Below are positions 11,497 through 21,404 of a DNA stretch of 64,000 bases, in pieces. How positions within the stretch are numbered: position 1 is the stretch's first letter; each line of letters opens with the position of its first letter. The DNA comes from Gammaproteobacteria bacterium. Lineage in GTDB: Bacteria; Pseudomonadota; Gammaproteobacteria; CBDBNL01; JAAOII01. Under the pieces are notes generated by a model, which was given only the letters and a program-made list of their open reading frames with translations, was not told the DNA's origin and made no database searches. The translations under genes and the position numbers were made by a program. The stretch is from positions 2,000,864-2,064,863 of the forward strand of contig OZ244039.1 of NCBI GenBank assembly GCA_965215225.1, written 5' to 3'.

Positions 11497-11619
11497 ATAT
11501 AGTAGGCTTTAATCTATGTCAATCTATGTCATTATACTATTGACTGATTATCTCTAATGACAAGTAAAAATATCAAGGGTGATGTGATTTTATAATAGCA
11601 AAGATAGTAGGAAAGCCTT

Positions 11620-12528
11620 ATGAGAATTGCTTATCTAATAGTAGCACATGAACACCCAGAAAGACTAAGGACATTAGTTGAAGCCATTGAAGCGCCCTGG
11701 GCTGATATTTTTATCCATATAGACAAAAAAGAACCCCTAGCTCCTTACCAGGAGTGCTTAAAGGATAAGAATGTTCGTTTTATTGAGAACAGGATAAAGG
11801 GAAACTGGGCAGGCTGGTCTCTTGTCACAATTCACCTCAGACTACTCCAAACCGCCTATTCACCTGATTACAAATACTACAAGCTGCTCAGTAATAGTTG
11901 CTATCCGGTTAAAAGCAAATCCCATATTTACGATTTTCTTGCCAAGCACAATGAAAACTTTGTCTGCTATTGGAGCATTACCGGTAAAGGCAAAATAACA
12001 AGAGAAAGTGAGAATACAGTCAAGTATTATCACTTTATTGATACCATTAATATAGAAAACTTTCTTCGCCGAGAACGCTTTCGCTCCCACCCCATTAAGT
12101 ATTTTCTCCTCCATCCCATCCAAATTAGCTATTGGTCTTTGTTCTACTTGCTATTTCATTCAAAGAGACGTCACCTAATAAAGAGATTAATTCCGGTTAG
12201 AAGGTTTCCCCCTGGCTTGGAGATACACATAGCAGATGATTTTTGGTGCTTAAGAGGTTCTTTTGTTGCCTATTTATTAAAGTTCGTAAATGAGAATCCC
12301 GATACTATAAGATTCTTCAAATATATCCTATCCCCTGCTGAACACCTAGTTCCCTCTTTGTTAATCGCGGCTAAAATGCCCTATAACAGAACACCAATCC
12401 ATGCTAATATGATGTCAAAACCTTTGAATGCTGAAAAAATTCTGGAACTACTAGACAAACCGAATATACTATTTATCCGTAAAGTAAAGGATGCTCATCT
12501 CTCATTACTAAAAAACATCAACAAATAG
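11620..12528 (+). CDS. Glycosyltransferase, Branch/core-2-I-branching (GT14)-like, copy 1
   Basis: N-terminal MRIAYLIVAHEHPERLRTLVEAIEAPWADIFIHIDKK fits the Branch-domain pattern (AYLI.aH...p..l.rLl..l......ifIHiDkk). Bacterial Branch-family length of about 300 aa. Confidence 0.7.
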   Translation: MRIAYLIVAHEHPERLRTLVEAIEAPWADIFIHIDKKEPLAPYQECLKDKNVRFIENRIKGNWAGWSLVTIHLRLLQTAYSPDYKYYKLLSNSCYPVKSKSHIYDFLAKHNENFVCYWSITGKGKITRESENTVKYYHFIDTINIENFLRRERFRSHPIKYFLLHPIQISYWSLFYLLFHSKRRHLIKRLIPVRRFPPGLEIHIADDFWCLRGSFVAYLLKFVNENPDTIRFFKYILSPAEHLVPSLLIAAKMPYNRTPIHANMMSKPLNAEKILELLDKPNILFIRKVKDAHLSLLKNINK

Positions 12529-12545
12529 GTCGATAGTTTTTCATA

Positions 12546-13454
12546 ATGAGAGTCGCTTATCTAATAGTAGCCCATAATCACCCAGAAAGACTAAGAAGGC
12601 TAGTTGAGGCTATTGAAGCACCTTGGGCGGATATTTTTATCCATATAGATAAAAGAGAACCCCTAGCTCCCTACCAAGAGTGCTTAAAAGGGAAGGATGT
12701 TCGCTTTGTTGAGAACAGGATAAAGGGAAACTGGGCAGGTTGGTCTCTTGTCACAATTCACCTCAGGCTACTTCAAACTGCCTATTCACCTGATTACAAG
12801 TACTACAAACTACTTAGTAATAGTTGCTACCCGGTTAAAAATCAATCCTTCATTTACAACTTTTTTGCCAAACATAACGAAAACTTCGTCTGCTATTGGA
12901 GCATCAGCGAAAAAGACAGAATAACAAAAGAGAAGGCAAGCACAGTTAAGTATTACCATTTCATTGATGCTATTAATATAGAAAATTTCCTCCGCCCCGA
13001 ACGCTTTCGCTCTCATCCTATTAAATACTTTTTGCTCCATCCCATCCAAATTAGCTATTGGTCTTTGTTTTACTTGCTTGTCCATCCCCCCAAAAGACAC
13101 TTAATAAAGAAATTAATCCCGGTCAGAAAGCCCCCTCCCGGTTTAGAGATACACATAGCAGATGATTGGTGGTGCTTAAGAGGTCCTTTTGTTGCCTATC
13201 TATTAAATTTCATAAATGAGAATCCCGATACCATAAGATTTTTCAAATATATCAAAACTCCTTCTGAATACTTAATCCCCTCTTTGTTAGCCGGGTCTAA
13301 AATGCCTTACAACAGAACCCTAATCCATGCCAATATGATGTCAAATCCATTGAATGCTAACAAAATACTAGAACTATTAAACAACCCAGAGATGCTATTT
13401 ATCCGTAAAGTGAATGATGATTCCTTCGCGCTACTAAAAAATATCAACAAATAG
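12546..13454 (+). CDS. Glycosyltransferase, Branch/core-2-I-branching (GT14)-like, copy 2 (tandem paralogue)
   Basis: 302 aa and collinear with copy 1. By eye most positions are identical. Lies 17 nt downstream of copy 1. Confidence 0.7.
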   Translation: MRVAYLIVAHNHPERLRRLVEAIEAPWADIFIHIDKREPLAPYQECLKGKDVRFVENRIKGNWAGWSLVTIHLRLLQTAYSPDYKYYKLLSNSCYPVKNQSFIYNFFAKHNENFVCYWSISEKDRITKEKASTVKYYHFIDAINIENFLRPERFRSHPIKYFLLHPIQISYWSLFYLLVHPPKRHLIKKLIPVRKPPPGLEIHIADDWWCLRGPFVAYLLNFINENPDTIRFFKYIKTPSEYLIPSLLAGSKMPYNRTLIHANMMSNPLNANKILELLNNPEMLFIRKVNDDSFALLKNINK

Positions 13455-13471
13455 GTTTATAATTTTTTACT

Positions 13472-14947
13472 ATGTTATCTATCAAAGGAAATTCACTGAC
13501 TTTTGACGACCTGCTTCTTATTCCGAAATACACCGATGTTTTACCAATAGAAGCCCAAACTCACACCTATCTAACTTCCTCTATTCAGTTAAGTATTCCT
13601 TTGCTATCGGCTGCAATGGATACGGTAACTGAGTCTAGTATGGCAATAGCCATGGCAAAAGCGGGAGGGTTGGGTGTGATTCATAAGAATATGTCAATTG
13701 AAAGGCAATGTTCTGAAAGCAATAAAGTAAAAAAACACGAGAGTGGTATAGTCCATAATCCCATCACCATTCATCAACAAGCGAGTCTAGATACTCTCCG
13801 TCAACTTACCAGTCGTCATGGCATATCTGGAGTGCCAGTAACCGAAAAAGAAAATTCGACTAGATTAGTAGGGATTGTCACCTCACGCGATTTTCGTTTT
13901 GTTGATAAACCAGCACAAAGAGTTGAAGATGTGATGACCAAATTTGACAAACTGATCACTGTCCCACCAGATATAGAACCAGAAAAGGCGCGTCAAATAA
14001 TGCACGAACATCGGATTGAAAAGCTGTTAATTGTGAAAAAAGATAAGAGTCTCCAGGGCATGATGACATTAAAAGACATTGAGAATGAACAAAAATATCC
14101 CAATGCATGTAAGGACAGTGACGGTCGGCTGAGAGTGGGAAGTTCAATAGGAACAGATGATAGCTGCATAGAAAGAGCAGAGGCCCTAGTATCGACTGGT
14201 ATAGATGTTTTGGTAATGGATACCGCTCACGCCCATTCCAAAAAGGTTCTAGATACCCTAAAAATCTGTCGGCAAAAATTTCCTAAGACTCCGATAATGG
14301 CAGGTAATATAGCAACCGCAGAGGCAGCGGAGGCCCTGGCAGAAATAGGAGTAGACTCAGTAAAAGTAGGCATAGGTCCAGGAACCATATGCACCACCAG
14401 AATAGTAACTGGTGTAGGCATAGCGCAACTTAGCGCCATTGCCGAGGTGGCTGAGGCATTGCATAAGAAATATCCCAATATTACAGTTATCGCAGACGGA
14501 GGAATTCGCTATTCTGGCGACCTTGCTAAGGCTCTCGCCGCTGGTGCCCACGCAGCCATGGCAGGTAACCTCTTTGCTGGCACGAATGAGGCTCCTGGTG
14601 AAGTTGTTCTTTATCAAGGGAGATCCTATAAAAAATATCGCGGCATGGGATCTCTCAGCGCCCTCAAACAGGGTTCAGGTGATAGGTATTTTCAACAAGA
14701 ACAACGCAGTGAGAAATTGGTGCCAGAAGGTGTAGAGGGTATGGTACCAAATCGCGGGCCCGTCAATATGGTAATAGAACAACTAACCGGTGGGCTGCGC
14801 GCCGCTATGGGCTATGTGGGCTGCAACACTATTGAAAAATTACGTCATCAAGCAGAATTTATTCGTATCACCAATGCAGGAATTCAAGAAAGCCATGTCC
14901 ACGATGTTCACATCACTAGCGAAGCCCCCAATTACCACAGAGAATAA
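13472..14947 (+). CDS. guaB: IMP dehydrogenase
   Basis: LTFDDLLLIP start, internal CBS pair, catalytic loop GIGPGTICTTR, GGIRYSGD. Confidence 0.96.
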   Translation: MLSIKGNSLTFDDLLLIPKYTDVLPIEAQTHTYLTSSIQLSIPLLSAAMDTVTESSMAIAMAKAGGLGVIHKNMSIERQCSESNKVKKHESGIVHNPITIHQQASLDTLRQLTSRHGISGVPVTEKENSTRLVGIVTSRDFRFVDKPAQRVEDVMTKFDKLITVPPDIEPEKARQIMHEHRIEKLLIVKKDKSLQGMMTLKDIENEQKYPNACKDSDGRLRVGSSIGTDDSCIERAEALVSTGIDVLVMDTAHAHSKKVLDTLKICRQKFPKTPIMAGNIATAEAAEALAEIGVDSVKVGIGPGTICTTRIVTGVGIAQLSAIAEVAEALHKKYPNITVIADGGIRYSGDLAKALAAGAHAAMAGNLFAGTNEAPGEVVLYQGRSYKKYRGMGSLSALKQGSGDRYFQQEQRSEKLVPEGVEGMVPNRGPVNMVIEQLTGGLRAAMGYVGCNTIEKLRHQAEFIRITNAGIQESHVHDVHITSEAPNYHRE

Positions 14948-14981
14948 TAGCCTGTTAGAAGTCTAAGACAATTTGTTGGAC

Positions 14982-15028
14982 AAAAAAGAGGGGCTAGTTG
15001 AGAAAGATTCTCAACTGCCCCTTTCGTT
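14982..15028. terminator. Bidirectional rho-independent terminator between convergent guaB and amtB
   Basis: AAAAAA, then stem GGGGCTAGTTGAGAA (14990-15004), loop AGA, stem TTCTCAACTGCCCC (15008-15021), then TTT. One bulged base in the stem. Confidence 0.7.
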
Positions 15029-15083
15029 TAGTTAATTGCTAATAAAAGAAATATAAGCGAATATAAACTCACTTTTTAATTTC

Positions 15084-16358
15084 CTATAGCCTATAACCAC
15101 TCTCCTCATGCTGCGAAATATCTATCCCTTGATTTTCTTCGTCTTCACTTACTCGTAAAGGCGTAACAAGACCAACCAACTTCAGACAAATATAAGCAGC
15201 TACACCAGTATAGACAAACACATAGGCTGTGCCTAGTATCTGATTCATCAGTTGTTGTCCAAGCGTAACCCCATCTAACCCTACTCCGCCAAGAGCTTGG
15301 CTAACAAATATTCCGGTAAGAACGCTTCCTAGTGCGCCGCAAACTCCATGCACCGGAAAAACATCCAAAGAGTCATCTATCTTGAGCACTCCTTTTACCA
15401 GATGCAATACGCTATAACAAACAATGGAACTAATTACACCTATTGCTAAAGCACCCATAGGACCAACAAAGCCACAAGCAGGCGTAATAGCAACCAAGCC
15501 AGCAACCATACCTGTAACTATGCCTAACATGCTGGGTTTACCGTGTCTCCACCACTCAATAAACATCCAGGTTAGAGCAGCTGCAGCCGTTCCTACCTGA
15601 GTGACTAGAATAGCCATGGCAGCATCGCCATTAGCCGCTAAAGCGCTACCTCCGTTAAAGCCAAACCAGCCTACCCACAGAATTCCAGCACCAGTAACCG
15701 TCATAGTCATATTATGAGGGGGGCTGGGATGCTGAAAATCGCGCCGAGGACCTATAACCAAAGCGGCTACCAATGCAGTAGTGCCCGCGGTAAGATGAAC
15801 TACCATGCCACCAGCAAAGTCCAATATCCCAAGTTGGGCTAACCAACCGCCGCCCCATACCTGATGGGCAATGGGAAAATAAACTACTATCAACCATAGG
15901 ATACTAAACAACAGGATAGCTGAAAAACGCATCCGTTCAGCAAATCCTCCAACAATCAGAGCAGGTGTAATCGCAGCAAAGGTCAGTTGAAACATAATGA
16001 ATAGACTCTCTGGTATAGTCCCTTCCATTGATTCTCTTCCTACTCCATTAAGGAATAGCTTACTTAGCCCACCAACAAAGGAATTGATGCCACCTCCATC
16101 GGTAAATGCAAGACTATACCCAATCACTACCCATAGGATAGAAGAAAGGCATACTATCATGAAACACTGCATCAAAACGGACAAGACATTTTTACTCCGC
16201 ACCAATCCAGCATAGAATAACGACAGACCAGGCAGCACCATAAATAACACAAAAGCTGAAGCAACCAATATCCATGCAGTATCGCCCGCTTGAAGATCCT
16301 CAGCTGCAACAACCATGGGGAAGAACGCAACGAGCCCTAATAATAATTTTGTTTTCAT
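15084..16358 (-). CDS. amtB: Ammonium transporter AmtB
   Basis: Signal-like N-terminus and about 11 TM helices. Amt signature blocks (DFAGGMVVHLTAG, GILWVGWFGFNGGS, VHGVCGALG). Overlaps glnK by 4 nt. Confidence 0.95.
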   Translation of the reverse strand: MKTKLLLGLVAFFPMVVAAEDLQAGDTAWILVASAFVLFMVLPGLSLFYAGLVRSKNVLSVLMQCFMIVCLSSILWVVIGYSLAFTDGGGINSFVGGLSKLFLNGVGRESMEGTIPESLFIMFQLTFAAITPALIVGGFAERMRFSAILLFSILWLIVVYFPIAHQVWGGGWLAQLGILDFAGGMVVHLTAGTTALVAALVIGPRRDFQHPSPPHNMTMTVTGAGILWVGWFGFNGGSALAANGDAAMAILVTQVGTAAAALTWMFIEWWRHGKPSMLGIVTGMVAGLVAITPACGFVGPMGALAIGVISSIVCYSVLHLVKGVLKIDDSLDVFPVHGVCGALGSVLTGIFVSQALGGVGLDGVTLGQQLMNQILGTAYVFVYTGVAAYICLKLVGLVTPLRVSEDEENQGIDISQHEESGYRL

Positions 16359-16693
16359 AATGCCTTGTCTCCTTCTTCTTGCGTTCTAATACGCAGAGCA
16401 TTTTCTAATGGTAAAACGAAAACCTTGCCATCACCTATATTACCGGTTGAAGCATTCTCGCTTATAGCTTGAGTAACCTGTTCTACTTGCTTATCCTCCA
16501 CCGCTATCTCTAACTTTACCTTTGGTAATAGATCAACAAAATACTCGGTTTCACGATATACCTCCTTATAACCCTTTTGGCGGCCAAACCCTTTCACCTC
16601 AGTGACTGTCACGCCCTGAACACCCATATTCTTTAAAGCATCCTTGACTTTCTCCAATCTATGAGGCTTGATAATTGCCATTATCATCTTCAT
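16355..16693 (-). CDS. glnK: Nitrogen regulatory protein P-II (GlnK)
   Basis: 112 aa. IIKPHRLEKVKDAL, T-loop GRQKGYKEVYRETEY. Upstream of and overlapping amtB. Confidence 0.93.
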   Translation of the reverse strand: MKMIMAIIKPHRLEKVKDALKNMGVQGVTVTEVKGFGRQKGYKEVYRETEYFVDLLPKVKLEIAVEDKQVEQVTQAISENASTGNIGDGKVFVLPLENALRIRTQEEGDKAL

Positions 16694-16820
16694 ATATATC
16701 TCCTCATTGAAATAATAATATTAAAATAACACCAAGAAATCATACGTGGCTTGATCACGTCGTTCTATGGTGAAAGAAAATTTTTGATAAAAAAATTATA
16801 TCAGTGTTTGATTATATCAG

Positions 16821-16852
16821 TTTTTTAAAATAAAAGGCATTTAATATGCCTT
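16821..16852 (-). terminator. Rho-independent terminator of the L,D-transpeptidase gene
   Basis: Perfect 7-bp stem AAGGCAT/ATGCCTT (16834-16840 and 16846-16852) with a 5-nt loop containing the stop codon. Followed on the - strand by TTTTATTTT. Confidence 0.5.
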
Positions 16853-17329
16853 AATATCTACCCTAGTGCCTAATCTTAACAGCTCGAACAGTTCAATCAC
16901 ATCCTCATTAGACACTCTTATACAACCATGAGAAGCAGGAGAGCCCAACAAATGAACATCCGGCGTCCCATGAATATAGATATATCTAGCCATAGTATCT
17001 ACCGAACCACCTTTATTCACTCCAACTTGACAACCACTAAGCCATAAAATACGGCTGAGTATCCAATCTCGCCCCGGCATTTTGGCAGCCAAAGACTCGT
17101 CATATATTTCATTGGTCCAGCGCCGAGCTATAAAGACAGCACCAAGCGGCAACCCTTTTCCTATCTTTGCTCTTATAATATGTCTGCCAAGTGGAGTGCA
17201 GTAAGAACCTTTCTCATTACCAGTCCCTCTAGCCGCTGTAGATACCAAATAAGCCTTAAGAAGACTATCACTATTAAAAGTGAGTAGCTTCTGCTTGGCA
17301 ACATTTATAATAACCCTATCAACTAACAT
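16841..17329 (-). CDS. L,D-transpeptidase (YkuD domain)
   Basis: Catalytic motif IHGTP...SHGCIRVSNEDV. Confidence 0.85.
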   Translation of the reverse strand: MLVDRVIINVAKQKLLTFNSDSLLKAYLVSTAARGTGNEKGSYCTPLGRHIIRAKIGKGLPLGAVFIARRWTNEIYDESLAAKMPGRDWILSRILWLSGCQVGVNKGGSVDTMARYIYIHGTPDVHLLGSPASHGCIRVSNEDVIELFELLRLGTRVDIKAY

Positions 17330-17331
17330 AT

Positions 17332-18114
17332 ATGGTTCTTAACAAGATCATAAGCGCGTTCTTCCAACCCATGCCCTTAGCCTTTATAGGCTGTGTCTTG
17401 GGGCTTATATTACTGTTCTCTTTTCGCCGCACTGCAATTTATATCATTAGCTTATCTTTACTACAATTATGGCTTTTTAGCCTCTCGCCGGTTGCTAATC
17501 TTCTCTATTATAACTTGACGAAACGACATCCTCCAGTAGCTTTTTTAGACCAACAGGTAGATTACATAGTAGTCCTAGGTTCTTCCAGCCACAATAACGC
17601 TCATCCCTCAATTTTTAATAAGCTATCATCTACGGCTATCCTAAGACTATTAGAAGGCGTCCGATTACTTAAAAATCAAACTACCGCTCATCTATGGTTC
17701 AGTGGAATCAACCGGTTCAATATAAGTCACCCTGACTTAATGAGGGAAGCAGCTATAGAATTAGGAGTTCCTGCCGAGCGAATCCTCTCATATGAAGATG
17801 TTCACAACACCCGCACTGAAATCAAAGCTCTGAAAGAAAATACAGCTCTTGGAGATAATATCGTAATAGTGTCTTCCTCTTACCATCTACCCCGTGTTGC
17901 TTTGTGGGCTAAATTCTATCAGCTCTACCCTCTTTATGCGCCTGCCGACAATTTCGCTCCGCCATCGCTACCTCTCAATGGTATTAAGCTATTAAGATCA
18001 CTAGTGCCAAGTCCAGGTGCCCTTGGTACCAGTAATCTAGCTATCCATGAGTACCTCGGTATTGCACACTGGTACATGCTCACTCGATGGCGGCTGTTGA
18101 ATGAGAATAGTTGA
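17332..18114 (+). CDS. DUF218 (YdcF/ElyC family) envelope protein
   Basis: N-terminal TM helices. DYIVVLGS, GVPAERI, NTRTE, IVSSSYHLPR. Confidence 0.75.
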   Translation: MVLNKIISAFFQPMPLAFIGCVLGLILLFSFRRTAIYIISLSLLQLWLFSLSPVANLLYYNLTKRHPPVAFLDQQVDYIVVLGSSSHNNAHPSIFNKLSSTAILRLLEGVRLLKNQTTAHLWFSGINRFNISHPDLMREAAIELGVPAERILSYEDVHNTRTEIKALKENTALGDNIVIVSSSYHLPRVALWAKFYQLYPLYAPADNFAPPSLPLNGIKLLRSLVPSPGALGTSNLAIHEYLGIAHWYMLTRWRLLNENS

Positions 18115-18661
18115 GAAAAATATGGAGGGGGTTATTGCCGCGCTTCAAAGCGGTCAAATAATAGCCCATCCCACCGAATCCAGTTGGGGACTGGGCTGTG
18201 ATCCCTACAATCTTGAAGCGGTCAATGAACTACTTAAATTAAAAAAACGCAACCAAGAAAAAGGATTGATCCTAGTAGCAGGCAACTGGCAAGAACTTGC
18301 TACTAGGTTTCCCCATTTAAAACAATCTCAAATTGACAAGATAACGGCACAGCAAGACCATCCTTGCACTTGGCTGGTGGAAGACAAACGAGCCAATTTT
18401 TCATCCTTGATAAAGGGTAATCACTCTAAGGTAGCCATCCGAATCACACACCACCAACCACTAATAGAACTAACCAAAGCCTATGGTAGCCCCATTGTTT
18501 CCACTTCTGCCAATCCAGCCAATCGTCCTCCTGCCTTTACGATTAAACAAGTAGTGAAATATTTCGGACCTCAATTATGTATCTTCAAAGGACAGCTTGG
18601 TGGCTTGACCAAATCCTCTCATATCCGTGACCTGAGTTCGGGAAAATTCATAAGATACTGA
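18101..18661 (+). CDS. tsaC: L-threonylcarbamoyladenylate synthase TsaC (YrdC)
   Basis: IIAHPTESSWGLGCDP, IVSTSANPANRPP. The start may be the Met at 18122. Confidence 0.85.
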   Translation: MRIVEKNMEGVIAALQSGQIIAHPTESSWGLGCDPYNLEAVNELLKLKKRNQEKGLILVAGNWQELATRFPHLKQSQIDKITAQQDHPCTWLVEDKRANFSSLIKGNHSKVAIRITHHQPLIELTKAYGSPIVSTSANPANRPPAFTIKQVVKYFGPQLCIFKGQLGGLTKSSHIRDLSSGKFIRY

Positions 18662-19563
18662 TGGGAAAAATACCTGATTTTCAGCATGCTGAGGAGCTAT
18701 TTACTAGACTACAAAAAGAGTTCTGTCATAGATTTGCATCACTTGATAATAATTCTTTCCTCATTGACAAATGGCAATCCAATGGCAAAAAAGGGAGCAG
18801 CAATATCTTACAAAATGGATCCGTATGGGAAAAAGTAGGAGTAAATTTCTCTTCTATCAGCGCAACAAGCCTACCTCCAGCTGCCAGTGTAAAAGCAGCG
18901 CCCAATTCCCCTTTTAAGGCCTGCGGTATTTCCGTTGTTGCTCACCCGCGCAATCCCTATATCCCTGCTAGTCATCTAAATCTACGCTTTTTTTACCAAG
19001 AGAGCAAGAAAAACCATTGGTGGTTTGGCGGAGGAATGGATCTCACTCCCTATTATCCGCAAGTTGAAGACTGTGTCTTTTGGCATCAACAAATAAAGTC
19101 CGTTTGTGATCAATTTGATGCTAGTATTTACCAAGAATTTAAGAAAAACTGCGACGAGTATTTTTATCTCCCTCATCGACAAGAAATGCGTGGAATCGGC
19201 GGTATCTTTTTTGATGATCTAAATCGCTGGGAGCCCAGCCGTTGTTTTGCTTTTGTCACCAAAATTGCCCGTTGCTACTTAACCAGCTATATGCGCTTAG
19301 CAAAAAAATATAAAGATAAAGACTATAGTGATAAAGAGCGTAATTTCCAACTACATAGGCGGGGTCGCTATGTTGAATTCAATCTCCTCTATGATCGCGG
19401 CACCCTTTTCGGTCTTCAGTCAAAAGGACGGATAGAATCCATCTTTATGTCCTTGCCTCCTTTGGTCAGCTGGGAATATAACTATTCAGATGATACAGCT
19501 CAGACCCATTTAGCAAAATTCTTACAACCACACGACTGGACAGCAAAAGATGGAATAGTTTGA
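18661..19563 (+). CDS. hemF: Oxygen-dependent coproporphyrinogen III oxidase
   Basis: HPRNPYIPASHLNLRFF, WWFGGGMDLTPYYP, RRGRYVEFNLLYDRGTLFGL. TGATG overlap with tsaC. Confidence 0.93.
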   Translation: MGKIPDFQHAEELFTRLQKEFCHRFASLDNNSFLIDKWQSNGKKGSSNILQNGSVWEKVGVNFSSISATSLPPAASVKAAPNSPFKACGISVVAHPRNPYIPASHLNLRFFYQESKKNHWWFGGGMDLTPYYPQVEDCVFWHQQIKSVCDQFDASIYQEFKKNCDEYFYLPHRQEMRGIGGIFFDDLNRWEPSRCFAFVTKIARCYLTSYMRLAKKYKDKDYSDKERNFQLHRRGRYVEFNLLYDRGTLFGLQSKGRIESIFMSLPPLVSWEYNYSDDTAQTHLAKFLQPHDWTAKDGIV

Positions 19564-19685
19564 TATAATAAACATTCAATTATTAGAGGTTCCGATAACT
19601 TCTACATTGATAAAGAACTAAAAAACAATAAAAATAATGAAAGAATCAATAAGAACAAACTATCGGCAAGATAGATATATCAAGG

Positions 19686-19745
19686 CTCTTATTAAGCCCC
19701 CTATTAAGACTCCTATTAGGTCTCTTATTAAGGTCCTTATTAGGG
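19686..19745. repeat. Five tandem 12-bp repeats (YYCYTATTARGN) upstream of comM
   Basis: CTCTTATTAAGC CCCCTATTAAGA CTCCTATTAGGT CTCTTATTAAGG TCCTTATTAGGG, ending 43 nt before the comM ATG. Confidence 0.85.
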
Positions 19746-19788
19746 CACAGATCAGCAACCAAATTAACCAGTCTAGGAGTCAATTCAT

Positions 19789-21282
19789 ATGAGTCTTGCT
19801 GCCATCACCTCTCGCATCAGATATGGAACAGATGCCCTTCAGATTAGAGTAGAAGCCCATCTGCTGGCAGGACTGCCGGCTTTCCATATAGTTGGATTAC
19901 CAGAAAAGGCTGTAAATGAAAGTCGCGAACGGGTGAGAAGCGCGATTATAAACGGTGGCTTCCTTTTCCCCAACCGCCGCATCACCATAAACCTATCTCC
20001 TGCTGATCTTCCTAAAGAAGGCGGCGGACAATTAGACCTCGCCATAGCTATGAGTATATTAGCTGCATCTGAGCAAATAAGAACAGCTAGGATATCAGAA
20101 TACGAATTCTTAGGTGAGTTGGCGCTAAGTGGTGAAGTTCTTCCTATCAGGGGGTTCATCCCAGTTGCTTGGGCCGCTACCAAGGCAAAAAGAAGGCTCA
20201 TCATAAGTCACGGCAATAGCAAAGAAGCAAGTCTAATAAAGGACATTATTGTATATAGTGCCAAACACATTATTCAGGTAGTCGCCCATCTTGAAGGCAA
20301 AGCAGCATTAACAAAAATCTGCCATACCCCCAAACAAATCAAGCAATCAAACTCCTTCATTAAAATGGAAGATATTAAGGGACAGGAAACCGCCAAACGA
20401 GCTATGCTAGTGGCTGCAGCCGGCGGTCATCATCTACTAATGTTTGGTCCTCCAGGTAGCGGTAAAACTCTTCTTGCCTCCTCTCTGATAGGGCTTCTTC
20501 CTCCACTGACCGATGAAGAAGCCTTAGAAGTTACCAGTATTGCCTCCTTAGGCAAAGGAAAAAAGACAGACTGGGGAGAGCGACCCTTTCGCTCTCCTCA
20601 CCATACAGCTTCATCTGTCGCCATAGTAGGGGGCGGCTCTCCGCCTATTCCTGGCGAAATATCGCTTGCGCACAAGGGAGTCCTGTTCTTAGATGAATTC
20701 CCAGAATTTAGTCGCCAGGTTCTAGAAACACTACGCCAGCCCTTAGAAAACGGCAAGATTGTCATAGCCAGAGCAGCTCACCGAATAACTTTTCCCGCCT
20801 CTTTTCAGCTCATAGCTGCAATGAATCCTTGTCCTTGCGGCTACAGTGGAGACAAGGATAAAGAGTGTCGTTGCACTCCTGATCAAATCAGAAGATATCT
20901 TGCTAAGATTTCTGGTCCTCTATTAGACAGAATAGACCTGACAATAAATGTTCCTGCGGTTTCCTACAACCAAATACACAACAATCAAAACAGCATAACT
21001 AGTCTATCTATGCGAAATCAGGTAGCACAAGCATATAGGATTCAACTCAATCGAACCGGTAAGATCAACTCAAGACTTAGTATAAATGAAACAGAGACCT
21101 ATTGTGTTCCTTCCCCACAAGGCAAGAAAATACTTCGTGCTGCCATCGATCGCCTGAAGATATCTATGAGGGGCTATCATCGTTTGATAAGAGTAGCAAG
21201 AACCATTGCTGATATTGAACAAACCGAACAAATTCAAGCAGCTCAGCTGAATGAAGCACTTAGTTATCGTCATATATTCTAA
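19789..21282 (+). CDS. comM: Mg-chelatase-like AAA+ ATPase YifB/ComM
   Basis: N-terminal Lon-protease-like ChlI domain (GLPAFHIVGLPEKAVNESRERV). Walker A GPPGSGKT, Walker B VLFLDEFPEF. C-terminal RGYHRLIRVARTIADIE. Confidence 0.93.
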   Translation: MSLAAITSRIRYGTDALQIRVEAHLLAGLPAFHIVGLPEKAVNESRERVRSAIINGGFLFPNRRITINLSPADLPKEGGGQLDLAIAMSILAASEQIRTARISEYEFLGELALSGEVLPIRGFIPVAWAATKAKRRLIISHGNSKEASLIKDIIVYSAKHIIQVVAHLEGKAALTKICHTPKQIKQSNSFIKMEDIKGQETAKRAMLVAAAGGHHLLMFGPPGSGKTLLASSLIGLLPPLTDEEALEVTSIASLGKGKKTDWGERPFRSPHHTASSVAIVGGGSPPIPGEISLAHKGVLFLDEFPEFSRQVLETLRQPLENGKIVIARAAHRITFPASFQLIAAMNPCPCGYSGDKDKECRCTPDQIRRYLAKISGPLLDRIDLTINVPAVSYNQIHNNQNSITSLSMRNQVAQAYRIQLNRTGKINSRLSINETETYCVPSPQGKKILRAAIDRLKISMRGYHRLIRVARTIADIEQTEQIQAAQLNEALSYRHIF

Positions 21283-21404
21283 ATATCTGATTCCTTCATC
21301 AGACTATTCCTAGCGGGTAAGTTGATAATAAAGAGCCCGATTAAAAAGACAAGAAAATCTATAATAAAGTTAGGACCCTAAATTTTTATAAGCTTAACCA
21401 AATT

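Noticed and set aside
16743-16759. Inverted repeat ACGTG-N7-CACGT upstream of glnK as an NtrC or sigma54 site
   Set aside because: It does not match the TGCACC-N5-GGTGCA NtrC consensus, and no GG-N10-GC sigma54 promoter could be found nearby.
17327-17334. Divergent L,D-transpeptidase and DUF218 genes whose annotated starts are only 2 nt apart
   Set aside because: This is probably a start-codon assignment issue, since internal Met codons exist in both genes. It does not look like a special regulatory architecture, and no repeat or palindrome marks the junction.
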